A DNA stretch of 64,000 nucleotides from an uncultured Acidobacteriota bacterium (GTDB lineage Bacteria > Acidobacteriota > Terriglobia > Acidiferrales > UBA7541), in contig OY969716.1 in the NCBI GenBank assembly GCA_963702125.1, positions 2,515,606-2,579,605 of the forward strand, read 5' to 3'. The notes beneath the pieces are model-generated. The model ran no database searches and was not told the origin of the DNA. It saw only the letters and a list, made by a program, of their open reading frames with translations. The position numbers were made by a program, and so were the translations under genes. Positions 37,899 through 47,646 of this stretch are shown piece after piece. Each line of letters starts with the position of its first letter. Within the stretch, counting starts at the first letter, position 1.

Positions 37899-39671
37899 TC
37901 AGAACGCGAAGCGAACGCCGATCGTCGGCGCGACGTTAGTCGGGTGCAAATACGGAACGCCGGGGCCGTGTGGAATGGCGATGGCCAAGCCGCCGGTGAC
38001 GACGGAGTAGGCTACGCCGACGTAGCCGTCAACGCGTTTCGTGAAGTGATGATCGGCATAGAGAGACAACTCGTCTAGCGTACCGGAGCATGCGCTGCGA
38101 AAACCCGCAACGGCGTCGCACTCGGACGGGACGCGAAACGTATTCTGGCGCTGCTGATACCACGCGAGGGTGAGGTCTGTCTTCGTGCGGTAGGTATATT
38201 TCGCGCCGGCCCACCAGATTTTCAGTTTCTTTTCGGAATCGAGGTTGTTGTCTTCGACGCCGCTCAAGATGTATTCGCCCTGATCGGTGGCGCCGACGCC
38301 GAGCGGCTCGTGCGGATTGTTCTGCCAGATGAATTCGATGCCGCCGTAAAACTTGAACGGATCCCACGAATATTTGCCGGCGAACATCACCGCATCGTTG
38401 TCCGTGACGATGCCGTAGAGCGTGCCGCTCGGATCGACCACGTTGTCGCCGGTGATCGGGTTCGTATTGATGCTGTTGGTGGTGGATTGATATGGCTGGG
38501 TCGGGCTCTGCGGGCCGAGCAGCGGGTTCAGCACGCTGATCGCCTGGTTGTAGTGCTGGCCCACGATGTCCGCCGAGAAGCGGCCGTGCTCGCCTCCAAC
38601 GTCGAAGCCGTAAGCGTTGTTGTGCGCTTGTTCCGGCGTGCAATCGGCCGCCGTCCACGTTGCGGACGCGGAATAGCATCCACCGGAACCGTTCGCGAAT
38701 TTGTACATCGCGCCGAAGTGGAAATCTCGGTACGCGATGCGGTATTTCAGGGCGTCGTCCCAGCGACTGTCGTCGGTATCGCCTCCGCCGGCCATCGTGC
38801 CGTTGTAACCGATGTAAGAAAATCCGTAGCCGCCGCCGACCGGATCGTATTGAAGCATTGCGTCTGTGCCGAGCGAGCGCTGGCGGCCGAAGGTAATCGT
38901 GCCGAATCGATCGGACGCGATGCCGCCGTAGTATTCGTCGTTGAAGGGCTGGCCGGCGCGGGCGCCGTCGATCGCCATTGAATACGCGGCGCGTGGAAGG
39001 CCGTTGTTCACGGTGTTGGTTTTCGGCGCGTCGGCGAGCAGGCCGGACTGAGGATTGATGCCAGTGGACGCGTTGAACACCACGGCCCAGCCCGGCGCGA
39101 ACTCTTCCCTGCCGCGAACGCCGAGGCCGGTCTGCTGGAGATTGTTTGGCGCGATGAGGAAGCGAGACTGATTCGCGTTGCGATTGACGAGCGATTCGCC
39201 TTCGTAGTTGTTTCCGTTCACCGGCATGCCGTGGCTCACCCAGCCGACGCCGACGTCATACGCACCATACACCGTGATGCCGTGCCATGTGAGCGTGCAA
39301 TCCGTGGTGGTGAACTCGAGTCCGCTCGCGCAAACGTCAGCGGCTTTCGGATGAAGGATGAAATCCGCCGTGCCTCGGGCATCGACCGGATCAATCATCA
39401 ATGTTTCACCGCCGAATCCTTGCTTCCACGCTCGCACTTCCAATCGCCCCGCAGGCAAACCAGTGACACCATAGAAGCCTTGGTCGTCGGTGACCGCGTT
39501 GACCGATTCCGACGTGTCTAGAATTTTCACCGTGATAGTCACGCCCGCAAGCGCAGCCCCGGCTTGATTCCGCACTGTGCCGTGAATCATCACGCCGGTT
39601 TGCGCCAACGCTGCTCGCGGAACGAGGAAATACAAAGACAATGCGGCCACAGAAAGTAAAAAGGCTCTCAC
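37899..39671 (-). CDS. Outer-membrane porin-like beta-barrel with N-terminal carboxypeptidase-regulatory-like domain
   Basis: Signal peptide, then IHGTVRNQAGAALAGVTITV...DDQGFYGVTGLPAGRLEV. An aromatic/Gly-rich barrel follows, ending in GVRFAF. Confidence 0.7.
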   Translation of the reverse strand: MRAFLLSVAALSLYFLVPRAALAQTGVMIHGTVRNQAGAALAGVTITVKILDTSESVNAVTDDQGFYGVTGLPAGRLEVRAWKQGFGGETLMIDPVDARGTADFILHPKAADVCASGLEFTTTDCTLTWHGITVYGAYDVGVGWVSHGMPVNGNNYEGESLVNRNANQSRFLIAPNNLQQTGLGVRGREEFAPGWAVVFNASTGINPQSGLLADAPKTNTVNNGLPRAAYSMAIDGARAGQPFNDEYYGGIASDRFGTITFGRQRSLGTDAMLQYDPVGGGYGFSYIGYNGTMAGGGDTDDSRWDDALKYRIAYRDFHFGAMYKFANGSGGCYSASATWTAADCTPEQAHNNAYGFDVGGEHGRFSADIVGQHYNQAISVLNPLLGPQSPTQPYQSTTNSINTNPITGDNVVDPSGTLYGIVTDNDAVMFAGKYSWDPFKFYGGIEFIWQNNPHEPLGVGATDQGEYILSGVEDNNLDSEKKLKIWWAGAKYTYRTKTDLTLAWYQQRQNTFRVPSECDAVAGFRSACSGTLDELSLYADHHFTKRVDGYVGVAYSVVTGGLAIAIPHGPGVPYLHPTNVAPTIGVRFAF

Positions 39672-39842
39672 AGGCTCTCCGTGCGTTTAGGGTCGGGTGA
39701 AGTCGAGGATCGTTCGAAACGACGACGATGTGCGAATCTATACGACCTTTTTAGCGATGTCAAAACGATTCACACTCTTTTTGTGCCAATCGGGACTACC
39801 GCGGGAAGGAAATTGTACGGGAACTCCGTGCAGGAGAGGGTA

Positions 39843-40256
39843 TTACAGGCGGACGATCATCACTTCGGTGGACTTGACCAGCGCGGCCACGGTCTGCCCT
39901 TTTTTCAAGCGCAACTCCCGAACCGCATCGGAAGTGATGATCGAGGTGATGCGCTGGCCGCCGATGGAGATGGCGACCTGCGCGATCAGGCCGTCCATTT
40001 TAATGTCGGTGACGCGGCCTACGAGCTGGTTGCGTCCGCTGATGCGGCGGAAGTTGGTGCGGCGCTCGGAGACTTCCCCTTGCTCGCTGGCGCGGTAGAG
40101 ATAGCGGTCGATTTCTTTCTCGGGGATGCGATGGTGGCCGCCGGCCGTCTTCACGGTGCGAATTTGCTTTTTGTAGATCCACTGTTTGAGCGTGGGGTAG
40201 CTGATGCCCAGCACCTGGGCAGCTTCGCGCGGCGTGAAGAGTTTGGCGGTCGGCAT
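39843..40256 (-). CDS. Excisionase/MerR-type HTH fused to a TOBE (Mop) oxyanion-binding domain
   Basis: The HTH is FTPREAAQVLGISYPTLKQWIYKKQIR...GGHHRIP. The TOBE-like part is SGRNQLVGRVTDIKMDGLIAQVAISIGGQRITSIITSDAVRELRLKKGQTVAALVKSTEVMI. Confidence 0.7.
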   Translation of the reverse strand: MPTAKLFTPREAAQVLGISYPTLKQWIYKKQIRTVKTAGGHHRIPEKEIDRYLYRASEQGEVSERRTNFRRISGRNQLVGRVTDIKMDGLIAQVAISIGGQRITSIITSDAVRELRLKKGQTVAALVKSTEVMIVRL

Positions 40257-40387
40257 TGTCGTAATGCTGCGGCGTTCAGTGCTGCGTCTCGCTCGTCCGA
40301 GGCGAGTTGAGTAGTGATGCTATGCTCCGGCCGCGCGCGGTGTCAATCGAACGAGTTGTGCGGCTGGCGCGCTGAGCGGCAGCCAAA

Positions 40388-41113
40388 TCACCAGCCCATC
40401 TGGCGCATGCGCTCCTGAATGATTTCGGAGTAGTGAACCATGTGGCCGGGGCGGCGCTTGAGCGGAAGCGGAAGGATGGCGGCGAGTTCGGCGCCCTGCT
40501 GGCGGTCGATCGCGCGCGGTGCGATGTGGAAATAGTAGTGAGAGGCTGCGTCCGCGCCATAGACCGCGGGTCCCCATTCGAGGACGTTGAGATACAGCTC
40601 GAGGATGCGCTGCTTACCGAGGACGAATTCGGCGACGGGTACGAGCGTAAACTCCGCGCCTTTGCGCAGAAACGAGCGCCCGGTGCCGAAGAAGATATTT
40701 TTGACAAGTTGTTGGGTAATGGTGGAGCCGCCGCGAAGCTTGGCGCCCTCCACGTCGTCCTGCGCGGCCTTTTCAATGGCGTCCCAATCGAAGCCGTGAT
40801 GCTGGTAGAAGCGCGCGTCTTCGGCGGCGATTACGGCGTGCTGGAAGTCCAGGGAGATTTGAGCGAGCGGCACGAAATCATAGTGCTCGACATACGGCTT
40901 GCCGTGGATCGACGACTGCAAGTGGCGCTGCATATGGACGGCAGTCGTGGGCGGATCGATCCATTTGAGACCGACGAGCGCGATCACTCCGAGAAGCCAG
41001 AGCGCCAGAAGAATGAGCAGAATCCATTTCACGACGAAGCGGAACGTGATTTTGGGCGAGGGCCGGTGCGAAGCGCGTTGCGGCGGCAGCGGCTGGTCGG
41101 GAGTTTCGGGCAC
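40388..41113 (-). CDS. mtgA: Monofunctional biosynthetic peptidoglycan transglycosylase
   Basis: AVIAAEDARFYQHHGFDW, GGSTITQQLVKN and RILELYLNVLEWG are present, with an N-terminal TM anchor. Confidence 0.9.
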   Translation of the reverse strand: MPETPDQPLPPQRASHRPSPKITFRFVVKWILLILLALWLLGVIALVGLKWIDPPTTAVHMQRHLQSSIHGKPYVEHYDFVPLAQISLDFQHAVIAAEDARFYQHHGFDWDAIEKAAQDDVEGAKLRGGSTITQQLVKNIFFGTGRSFLRKGAEFTLVPVAEFVLGKQRILELYLNVLEWGPAVYGADAASHYYFHIAPRAIDRQQGAELAAILPLPLKRRPGHMVHYSEIIQERMRQMGW

Positions 41114-41200
41114 GCTTCAGGATAATCGTGCGCGGCGAATTGCCCAAGAGCCGAAACGACAGGCAATACTTGCCTACTCGACTCACTAAGCTACTGCGCC

Positions 41201-42475
41201 CTATCGGAAAATCATGAGATCGATTGCATCGGCGATGGCCTGGTAGCCGGCGTCGTTCGGATGAAGGTGATCGGGTGACGCATAGCGTGGCGCGAGTTGC
41301 GACGGGTGCTTCGGATCGCGCACGACGGCGTCGATGTCGATCACAGCGTCAAACGCGTGGCTCGAGCGAATCCACTGGTTCACGGCCTGGCGGATTTTTT
41401 CTTTTTCGTCGTTGTGATAGCCGGGGACGACGACGCCTTCCGACGGCGAGATGGTGCAGCCGATGAGGCGAAGGCCGTGGACGTGGGCGCGCGCGATGAG
41501 CTGCTGGTAGCCGGCGATGATGTCGTCGGCTGTGGGCGCATTTTCGGGCGGTGCGAGAGCCAGGTCGCCGAGCTTGGCACCGGGAAAACCGATGTCGTTG
41601 GTGCCTTCGATGACGATCACGTCCGAGACGCCGGGAATCGCAATGGCATCGCGAGTGAAGCGCGCGAGCGCGGAAACGCCGAAACTATTAAGCGGGGCGT
41701 CGTTGAGCAACCGGCTGCCAGCGATGCCTTCGTTCACTACGGCGAACTGCGTCGAGGATTTGGACGCATCGAGGCGGCGGTAGAGGTCGTTCGAGAAATC
41801 GAGATCTTTTCCGCGCGTGGTGCCGTCGCCATCGACGAGCGAATCGCCGAACGCGACAATCACGCGTCGGTTTTGTTGTGCGGGCACGAGCACGGCGCTG
41901 AGGAAGATCGAGCTGTCCGATTCTTTCCCGCCTTGTATCGAAGTGTCGCCGGTGTGGTCGCCTGGCGGCGAGATTACGACTTTCCTCAGCGAAAACGAAT
42001 GCCACGTGACGGAAGCGGGGTGCTTCGGGAAATAAAGGCTGACGCTGATTTCCGTGCCGCGGGACACCGGAAATGCGATCGAGTCGCTGAGCGCGAGTGC
42101 GCCGGCAGCGAGAAGGATGGATGCCTTACCGCCGTTGAACGTGACGGGATGGATCGATCCCGCTGCAACACCAGCCGTGCCATCGGCGACGCCGACTGTT
42201 ACTTTTCCGATCAGAACCGGAGCGGCGCCGAATTCGTTCGAGAGGCGCAGACGGATTTGTTCGCCGCCTAGAGTGATACGCGCGCGTTCGCGGACGGTTT
42301 GATTATCGAGCTTGAGCAACGGCTCATCGGGATCGGGGTCGGAGGCTTGCTGGCTCGCCGTCCATGTGGCGATCCACTTGGGTTGCTGCTGAGCCGTTGC
42401 GAAATGCGGGAAAGAAAGAACGAAAAAAATCAGGGCGAACTTCAGTGCAAAGGTAAATCGAATCGTCAGGGGCAT
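41201..42475 (-). CDS. Secreted SGNH/GDSL-family hydrolase
   Basis: Signal peptide, an N-terminal beta domain, then VAFGDSLVDGDG (block I) and a C-terminal DHLHPNDAGY (block V). Confidence 0.75.
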   Translation of the reverse strand: MPLTIRFTFALKFALIFFVLSFPHFATAQQQPKWIATWTASQQASDPDPDEPLLKLDNQTVRERARITLGGEQIRLRLSNEFGAAPVLIGKVTVGVADGTAGVAAGSIHPVTFNGGKASILLAAGALALSDSIAFPVSRGTEISVSLYFPKHPASVTWHSFSLRKVVISPPGDHTGDTSIQGGKESDSSIFLSAVLVPAQQNRRVIVAFGDSLVDGDGTTRGKDLDFSNDLYRRLDASKSSTQFAVVNEGIAGSRLLNDAPLNSFGVSALARFTRDAIAIPGVSDVIVIEGTNDIGFPGAKLGDLALAPPENAPTADDIIAGYQQLIARAHVHGLRLIGCTISPSEGVVVPGYHNDEKEKIRQAVNQWIRSSHAFDAVIDIDAVVRDPKHPSQLAPRYASPDHLHPNDAGYQAIADAIDLMIFR

Positions 42476-42588
42476 GCGTTCTCATTGTCGTCGGCCGGGC
42501 CGTTTTTTTTGAAATCGGACGGTGTGCGAGTTCGCACATCGCACTCGCCGGACACGTGGCGAGTTTACTGCTCCGGTCGTTCGACGTA

Positions 42589-43260
42589 TCAAATGAGATT
42601 TTGTTTCTGAAGTTGTTCCACAACGAGCTTCGCGACAGAACTGATCGCGGACGCGGGAGAGCGCGGATCGACGATGTTGCTCGTACCCGTCCACGCGAGC
42701 TGGCCATCGCCGGGCGCGGTGGAATACAACGCGGTTTCGATTTGCGCTTTGGTATCGGTGGTCATGTAGCCGGGCGTGTAAACGACAGGCGTGACGGCGG
42801 TGTAATAGCCGTAGAAGTTGACGAGTTCAGGCGGAAGCTGGAGGGCGTCGCCGGGAATGTAATTGTGCGTCTTTTTGTATTTTGTGAGGTGCGCGACGAG
42901 GATCGCGTCGAAGTGCTGCTCCTCGACGATCTCGCGAAGCTGCGCTTGAGGAATGGGCGTCGCGTCCGGACGCGCCAGGTAAACGTAACTCTGGACGGCG
43001 GTGAGACCGGGGTGCGTGAGCGTCGCGGTCATAACGTCTTCGAAGTCGGCGCGTCGGGCGGCCTGGCCATTGACGGCAAGGACGAGAATATTTTTGAAGG
43101 CGCTGCCGTTGTAGGTGGGATTGCGCCACGAGAATGCGAGCTTCGTGCCGGCCGACGCGGTGAGCGCCGTGGCAATCAATGCGAGAGCGATTACCGCTGC
43201 GCACATCGAGCCGCGGCGGCGAGATGGCTGCGATGCTGCGTTACGATTGGCGCGCTTCAT
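42589..43260 (-). CDS. Hypothetical exported protein/lipoprotein
   Basis: The start is placed at MKRANRN.. (43260), followed by the hydrophobic segment MCAAVIALALIATALTASAG. No firm family. Confidence 0.45.
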   Translation of the reverse strand: MKRANRNAASQPSRRRGSMCAAVIALALIATALTASAGTKLAFSWRNPTYNGSAFKNILVLAVNGQAARRADFEDVMTATLTHPGLTAVQSYVYLARPDATPIPQAQLREIVEEQHFDAILVAHLTKYKKTHNYIPGDALQLPPELVNFYGYYTAVTPVVYTPGYMTTDTKAQIETALYSTAPGDGQLAWTGTSNIVDPRSPASAISSVAKLVVEQLQKQNLI

Positions 43261-43358
43261 GACACTCCCCTGAGGTCTAGCGCACGCAACGAGCGTTTGC
43301 GTCCGCGCACCTTGTGTGACATTGATAGCACGAACTCTAAGTAATCGATAGGAGCGCG

Positions 43359-44495
43359 ATGGCGCAAAAAAAGAGTGCACGGAGGATGAAGGAGATCCGG
43401 ACGCGCGAGGCTTTCGATGCAGTGCGCGGCAAGCTGCAATGGACGGCGGTGAAGGGGCTCGATCTAGCCGACGTAACGCTGGCGCAATGGAAGCGCGCGG
43501 CAATCGAGCAGACGTATTTTCTCGGTTGCGCGTTCAAGAATCGCGCCGTGGGAAACTATCTGCTGGATCGCGGCGCGGTGCTGCTGACGCGATTCCCCGC
43601 CACGATGTATAACCCGTTTCGCGCGGAACTGTACACGCCGGACGAGTTGGAGCAGCGCGTCGAGGGGCTCAACGGCGCGCGATCCACGCGGGATCACGCG
43701 ATCTACGAGGAGTATTTGGCGAAGGGGCGGCTGTCGCCGGATGTGATCGAGGCGCTCACGCGGCGGATTCACGACGACTCGATCGACGATGCAATCGAAG
43801 CGCTGATCGCGCGGGAAGGCGCGCTGCGCATGGTGGGCTTCATGGGCGGATCGGCCGTCGAGCGGGGCGACGAGTGGTACAGGAAGGCTGCGGAGACGGC
43901 GCGGCTCGTGGCGCGCGGGGGACAATTTATTATGAGCGGCGGCGGCCCGGGAATGATGGAGGCCGCGAATCTGGGCGCTTATTTCTCGGCCGCGCATTTT
44001 GGCGAGAACGACTTGAGCGCCGCGATCGATATTCTGGCCACGGCGGCGGAATACGATCACCCGAAATGGCGCGCGCGGACGCACGCGGTGAGAAAGAAAT
44101 TTCCACGAGGCGCGGCGAGCCTGGGAGTGCCGACGTGGTTCTATGGGCAGGAGCCGACGAATTCATTTGCGACGCACATTGCGAAATATTTCGACAACAG
44201 CATTCGCGAGGGCGGGCTATTAATGATGTCGCTGGGCGGGGTGGTGTTCGCGCCCGGCAGCGCCGGCACGCTGCAGGAAATTTTCATGGACGCGGAACAG
44301 AATTTCTACGCGACGGGCGGGTACCACAGCCCAATGGCGTTCCTAGGCGTGCGGCAGTGGGAGATGGATACGCCGGTGTTTTCGCTGGTGAAGCAGACGG
44401 CGAGCGACGCGAACCGGGACATGCTCTTCATTTCGGATTCACCCGCGGAAATTGCACAATTTCTCGCCGGGACGAAGCCGCGGAAGAAACGGTGA
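43359..44495 (+). CDS. Long LOG-family (TIGR00730-like) nucleotide-binding protein
   Basis: SGGGPGMMEAANLGA and FAPGSAGTLQEIF correspond to the LOG GGGxGxM and PGGxGTxxE motifs. An N-terminal extension of about 150 aa precedes them. Confidence 0.65.
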   Translation: MAQKKSARRMKEIRTREAFDAVRGKLQWTAVKGLDLADVTLAQWKRAAIEQTYFLGCAFKNRAVGNYLLDRGAVLLTRFPATMYNPFRAELYTPDELEQRVEGLNGARSTRDHAIYEEYLAKGRLSPDVIEALTRRIHDDSIDDAIEALIAREGALRMVGFMGGSAVERGDEWYRKAAETARLVARGGQFIMSGGGPGMMEAANLGAYFSAAHFGENDLSAAIDILATAAEYDHPKWRARTHAVRKKFPRGAASLGVPTWFYGQEPTNSFATHIAKYFDNSIREGGLLMMSLGGVVFAPGSAGTLQEIFMDAEQNFYATGGYHSPMAFLGVRQWEMDTPVFSLVKQTASDANRDMLFISDSPAEIAQFLAGTKPRKKR

Positions 44496-44499
44496 GACG

Positions 44500-44516
44500 C
44501 TTCGCTTTAGATTCGC
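44500..44516 (+). promoter_or_regulatory. Candidate LexA operator upstream of the helicase-nuclease gene
   Basis: GACG-CTTCGCTTTAGATTCGCC-CT lies 61-77 nt upstream of the ATG. It matches the gene-strand lexA site at 15 of 17 positions. Confidence 0.4.
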
Positions 44517-44576
44517 CCTTGGCGTTTCTGATAGACTGACGAGGCAGCCAACAGCGCGGACCGCGAAAAAGAGACG

Positions 44577-47500
44577 ATGAGCGACGCGAAGACAAACGAA
44601 ATTGGGTTGAATGCCGCGCAGCGTGCGGCAGTGGAGCATGTCGATGGTCCACTGCTTGTGGTGGCTGGCGCCGGTACCGGCAAGACGCGCGTGATCATCG
44701 AGCGCATCCGGACGCTGCTGGAATCGCAACCGCACCTCACCGGCGAAAATATTCTGGGGCTGACGTTCACCGATAAGGCAGCCGGCGAAATGACGTCGCG
44801 CGTTAAAAAGGCCATCGGCGAACGCGCTGAAGGCTTATCGCTGAGCACGTTCCACAAATTCTGCCTCGATAAAATCCTCAAAACCGTGCGGCCGGACGTG
44901 CAAGCGATCGAGCCGATCGACTACCGGATTTTGCTACGACGAAACATCGCCGAGCTGGACCTGAAACACTTCCGGCGCTTGCAGGATCCGGGCGAGTTCA
45001 TTGGCGATTTCGAGGGCTTTTTTTCGCGATGCCAGGACGAATTGGTCTCGCCGGACGATTACGAGAAATTTGCAGCGGAGATGCGGAGGAATCACGAGGC
45101 GACGCGGGCGGAGCTCGAAGCCGACGCTCTGGACGAAGCAGAGCTGGAAGTGGCGAAGCAGGAAGAGCTGGCGCGCGTGTACCGCGTGAGTGAGCGCTTG
45201 CTGCGCGAACGGAACTTGCTCACCTTTGGCGCGCAGATCGCGGAGTCCGTGGCCGCGCTGAAGAACGATCCTGAGCTGCGCGCGAAAGTGCGCGACCAGT
45301 ATAAATACATTTTGGTGGATGAATTCCAGGATACGAACATCGCGCAGCTTGAACTGCTGTGGCTGCTCGCGGGCGAGCACCGCAACATCGTCGCGGTGGG
45401 CGACGACGACCAGGCGATCTACCGTTTCCGCGGCGCGTCATTCGGCAGCTTCACGATTTTTCTGGAGCGCTTCTGCGGAGTGACCGGCGCGAAGAACGCG
45501 CCGAAGGCCGGCGACTTCCTCGTATCGCTTTCGCAAAACTACCGCTCCACGAAGCGGATTCTGCGCGTTGCGGGCAAGCTGATCTCCCACAACGAAAAAT
45601 CGCCGCTGCTGCCGAAGAAAAATCTGGCGACCGAAAACATCGAGGGCGAGCGCGTGCGCATCGCTGAGTTTGGCGCAGCGAATGAAGAAGCGGAATGGGT
45701 GGCGGGCGAGATCGAGCGGCTTCACGAGAAAGGCGTGCAGTGGCGGTCGATCGCGGTGCTTTACCGCAAGCACACGCACCGCAGCGACCTGCTGAGCGTG
45801 CTGCGACGGCGCGAGATTCCGTTTGTGATCAAGAAGTTTTCGATTCTGACGAGCACGATCGTCAAGGATCTGTTCGCCTGGCTGCGAATCACCGGCAAGC
45901 CGCGCGACAACGTGGCGTGGGCGCGCGTGCTGGGGGCCCCGTACTGGGGGCTCGAGCCGAAGGACCTGGTGCGGCTGGCGGAGCGCGCGGCGAAGAACAA
46001 GCGGCCGCTTGGCGACGAAGTTGCAGTCTCGAAAGACGAAGCGCCGTTCAACCGCGAAGGGGTGCGGTTGGGCGAACTGGTCGCGCTGCTCGAAACGCTG
46101 CGCGCCAGCTCGTGGCGGAAAGTGGCGACCGAGCTAGTGGACGAATTGATCCAAGGGCTGGGCCTCGCGCCGCTGCCGACGGACCAGGACCGCTACTATC
46201 TCGAGCGGTTCGCGAGCTTCGTGAAGGATTGGCAGCGCAAGAGCGAAGGCAAGAAGCTTGCCGACTTTCTCGAATACCTCGAATATTTTTACGAAGCGGG
46301 CGGCGACGTGTGTCTCGAAGAGGAAATGACGGACGACGCGGTAAACCTGATGACGGTGCACGCGGCGAAGGGACTCGAATTCCCGCACGTTTTTATTTTG
46401 CGGCTCACGCATCGCGACTTCCCTTCCGGCGCGCGCAAGCCGGTGTTCGAATTCCCGAGCGAGTTGATGAAGGAGCAGCAGCCGCAGTTCGATTACCAGC
46501 GCGAGGAAGAACGCCGGCTTTTTTACGTGGCGCTCACGCGCGCGAGGCAACGGCTGACGCTTTCGACGGTGCTGAACAAGCGGCTGAAACTTTCGCCGTT
46601 CTTCGAGGATTTCCTGGAGGACGCGAAGATCAAGCAGCAGGACGTGCATCAATTCGAAGCGAAGGTGGATCTGCCCGCGCTGCCGGAGACGACGGGTCCC
46701 GAAGCGAACACGGCGGTGCCGACGCAACTCTTCGGGCCCGCGAGCGAGACGACGCGGGCGTATTCGCGCGTAGCCATATGGGCGAAAGCGTTTCACCCGC
46801 CGCGACCGGAGCCGCTGCAACTGAGTTCATCGGCGATCGATTGCTACGAGCGCTGCCCGCAGAAATACCTGTTCCAGTATTCGTGGTCGATTCCGGGCGG
46901 GCCGCACGCGATGGCGACGTTTGGAAACGTGATGCACACAACCGTGCGCGAAATGGTGGAAGAGATAGGCAAGCGCAAGAAAATCACGCTCGCGGAAGTG
47001 AATGCGATTTACGACCGGCACTGGTCGGACTCGGGCTTTATCGACGAATACCACAAAGAGGAATACAAGAAGGAAGGACGGCGGCAGATCGAGGAATTCT
47101 GGAGGAAATACTCAGCGGCTCCGGCGGATGTGGTCCATCTCGAAAAGAAATTCGAGCTGCCGATGGATAACGACGTGATCGTCACGGGGCGTATCGACCA
47201 GATCAACCGGATCAACGGAAAGAAAGTCGAGATCATCGACTACAAAACCGGCAAAGCGAAAGACAAGAAAGCGGCAGCAAAGGATCTGCAACTCGGCATC
47301 TACGCGCTCGCGGCGGAAGAAATTCTGGAACTGAAACCGGAGAAGCTGGTGCTGTACAGCCTGACCTCGAACGAAGCGGTGGAATCGACGCGCGACGCGA
47401 AGGCGCTGAAGGAAACCCGGGAGCGGATCGCGGAGGTCGCGGACTTGATTCGCGCGCGTGATTTCAACGCAAAACCCGGCTTTGGCTGCAAGTTTTGCGA

Positions 47501-47579
47501 CTACAAGCCGATTTGCCCGTCGCATGAGCAGTTGGTTTCGATTCGCGGCGCGGCCGATACGGCGATCGCCGAAAACTAA
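44577..47579 (+). CDS. UvrD/PcrA-type superfamily-1 helicase fused to a C-terminal PD-(D/E)XK (RecB/Cas4-like) nuclease
   Basis: 1000 aa. Walker A is GAGTGKT, motif II is VDEFQDT, and further helicase motifs include VHAAKGLEF. The C-terminal about 250 aa carry YERCPQKY, GRIDQI, EIIDYKTGK and CKFCDYKPICP (four Cys). Confidence 0.85.
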   Translation: MSDAKTNEIGLNAAQRAAVEHVDGPLLVVAGAGTGKTRVIIERIRTLLESQPHLTGENILGLTFTDKAAGEMTSRVKKAIGERAEGLSLSTFHKFCLDKILKTVRPDVQAIEPIDYRILLRRNIAELDLKHFRRLQDPGEFIGDFEGFFSRCQDELVSPDDYEKFAAEMRRNHEATRAELEADALDEAELEVAKQEELARVYRVSERLLRERNLLTFGAQIAESVAALKNDPELRAKVRDQYKYILVDEFQDTNIAQLELLWLLAGEHRNIVAVGDDDQAIYRFRGASFGSFTIFLERFCGVTGAKNAPKAGDFLVSLSQNYRSTKRILRVAGKLISHNEKSPLLPKKNLATENIEGERVRIAEFGAANEEAEWVAGEIERLHEKGVQWRSIAVLYRKHTHRSDLLSVLRRREIPFVIKKFSILTSTIVKDLFAWLRITGKPRDNVAWARVLGAPYWGLEPKDLVRLAERAAKNKRPLGDEVAVSKDEAPFNREGVRLGELVALLETLRASSWRKVATELVDELIQGLGLAPLPTDQDRYYLERFASFVKDWQRKSEGKKLADFLEYLEYFYEAGGDVCLEEEMTDDAVNLMTVHAAKGLEFPHVFILRLTHRDFPSGARKPVFEFPSELMKEQQPQFDYQREEERRLFYVALTRARQRLTLSTVLNKRLKLSPFFEDFLEDAKIKQQDVHQFEAKVDLPALPETTGPEANTAVPTQLFGPASETTRAYSRVAIWAKAFHPPRPEPLQLSSSAIDCYERCPQKYLFQYSWSIPGGPHAMATFGNVMHTTVREMVEEIGKRKKITLAEVNAIYDRHWSDSGFIDEYHKEEYKKEGRRQIEEFWRKYSAAPADVVHLEKKFELPMDNDVIVTGRIDQINRINGKKVEIIDYKTGKAKDKKAAAKDLQLGIYALAAEEILELKPEKLVLYSLTSNEAVESTRDAKALKETRERIAEVADLIRARDFNAKPGFGCKFCDYKPICPSHEQLVSIRGAADTAIAEN

Positions 47580-47615
47580 GCGGGCAAGACTCGCGCATCA
47601 AGCACAAAAGAAAAA

Positions 47616-47646
47616 GGGCGCTGCGTTCCGGCAGCGCCCTTTTTTA
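47616..47646 (+). terminator. Rho-independent terminator of the helicase-nuclease gene
   Basis: GGGCGCTGC-GTTCCG-GCAGCGCCC followed by TTTTTTATTT. Confidence 0.8.
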
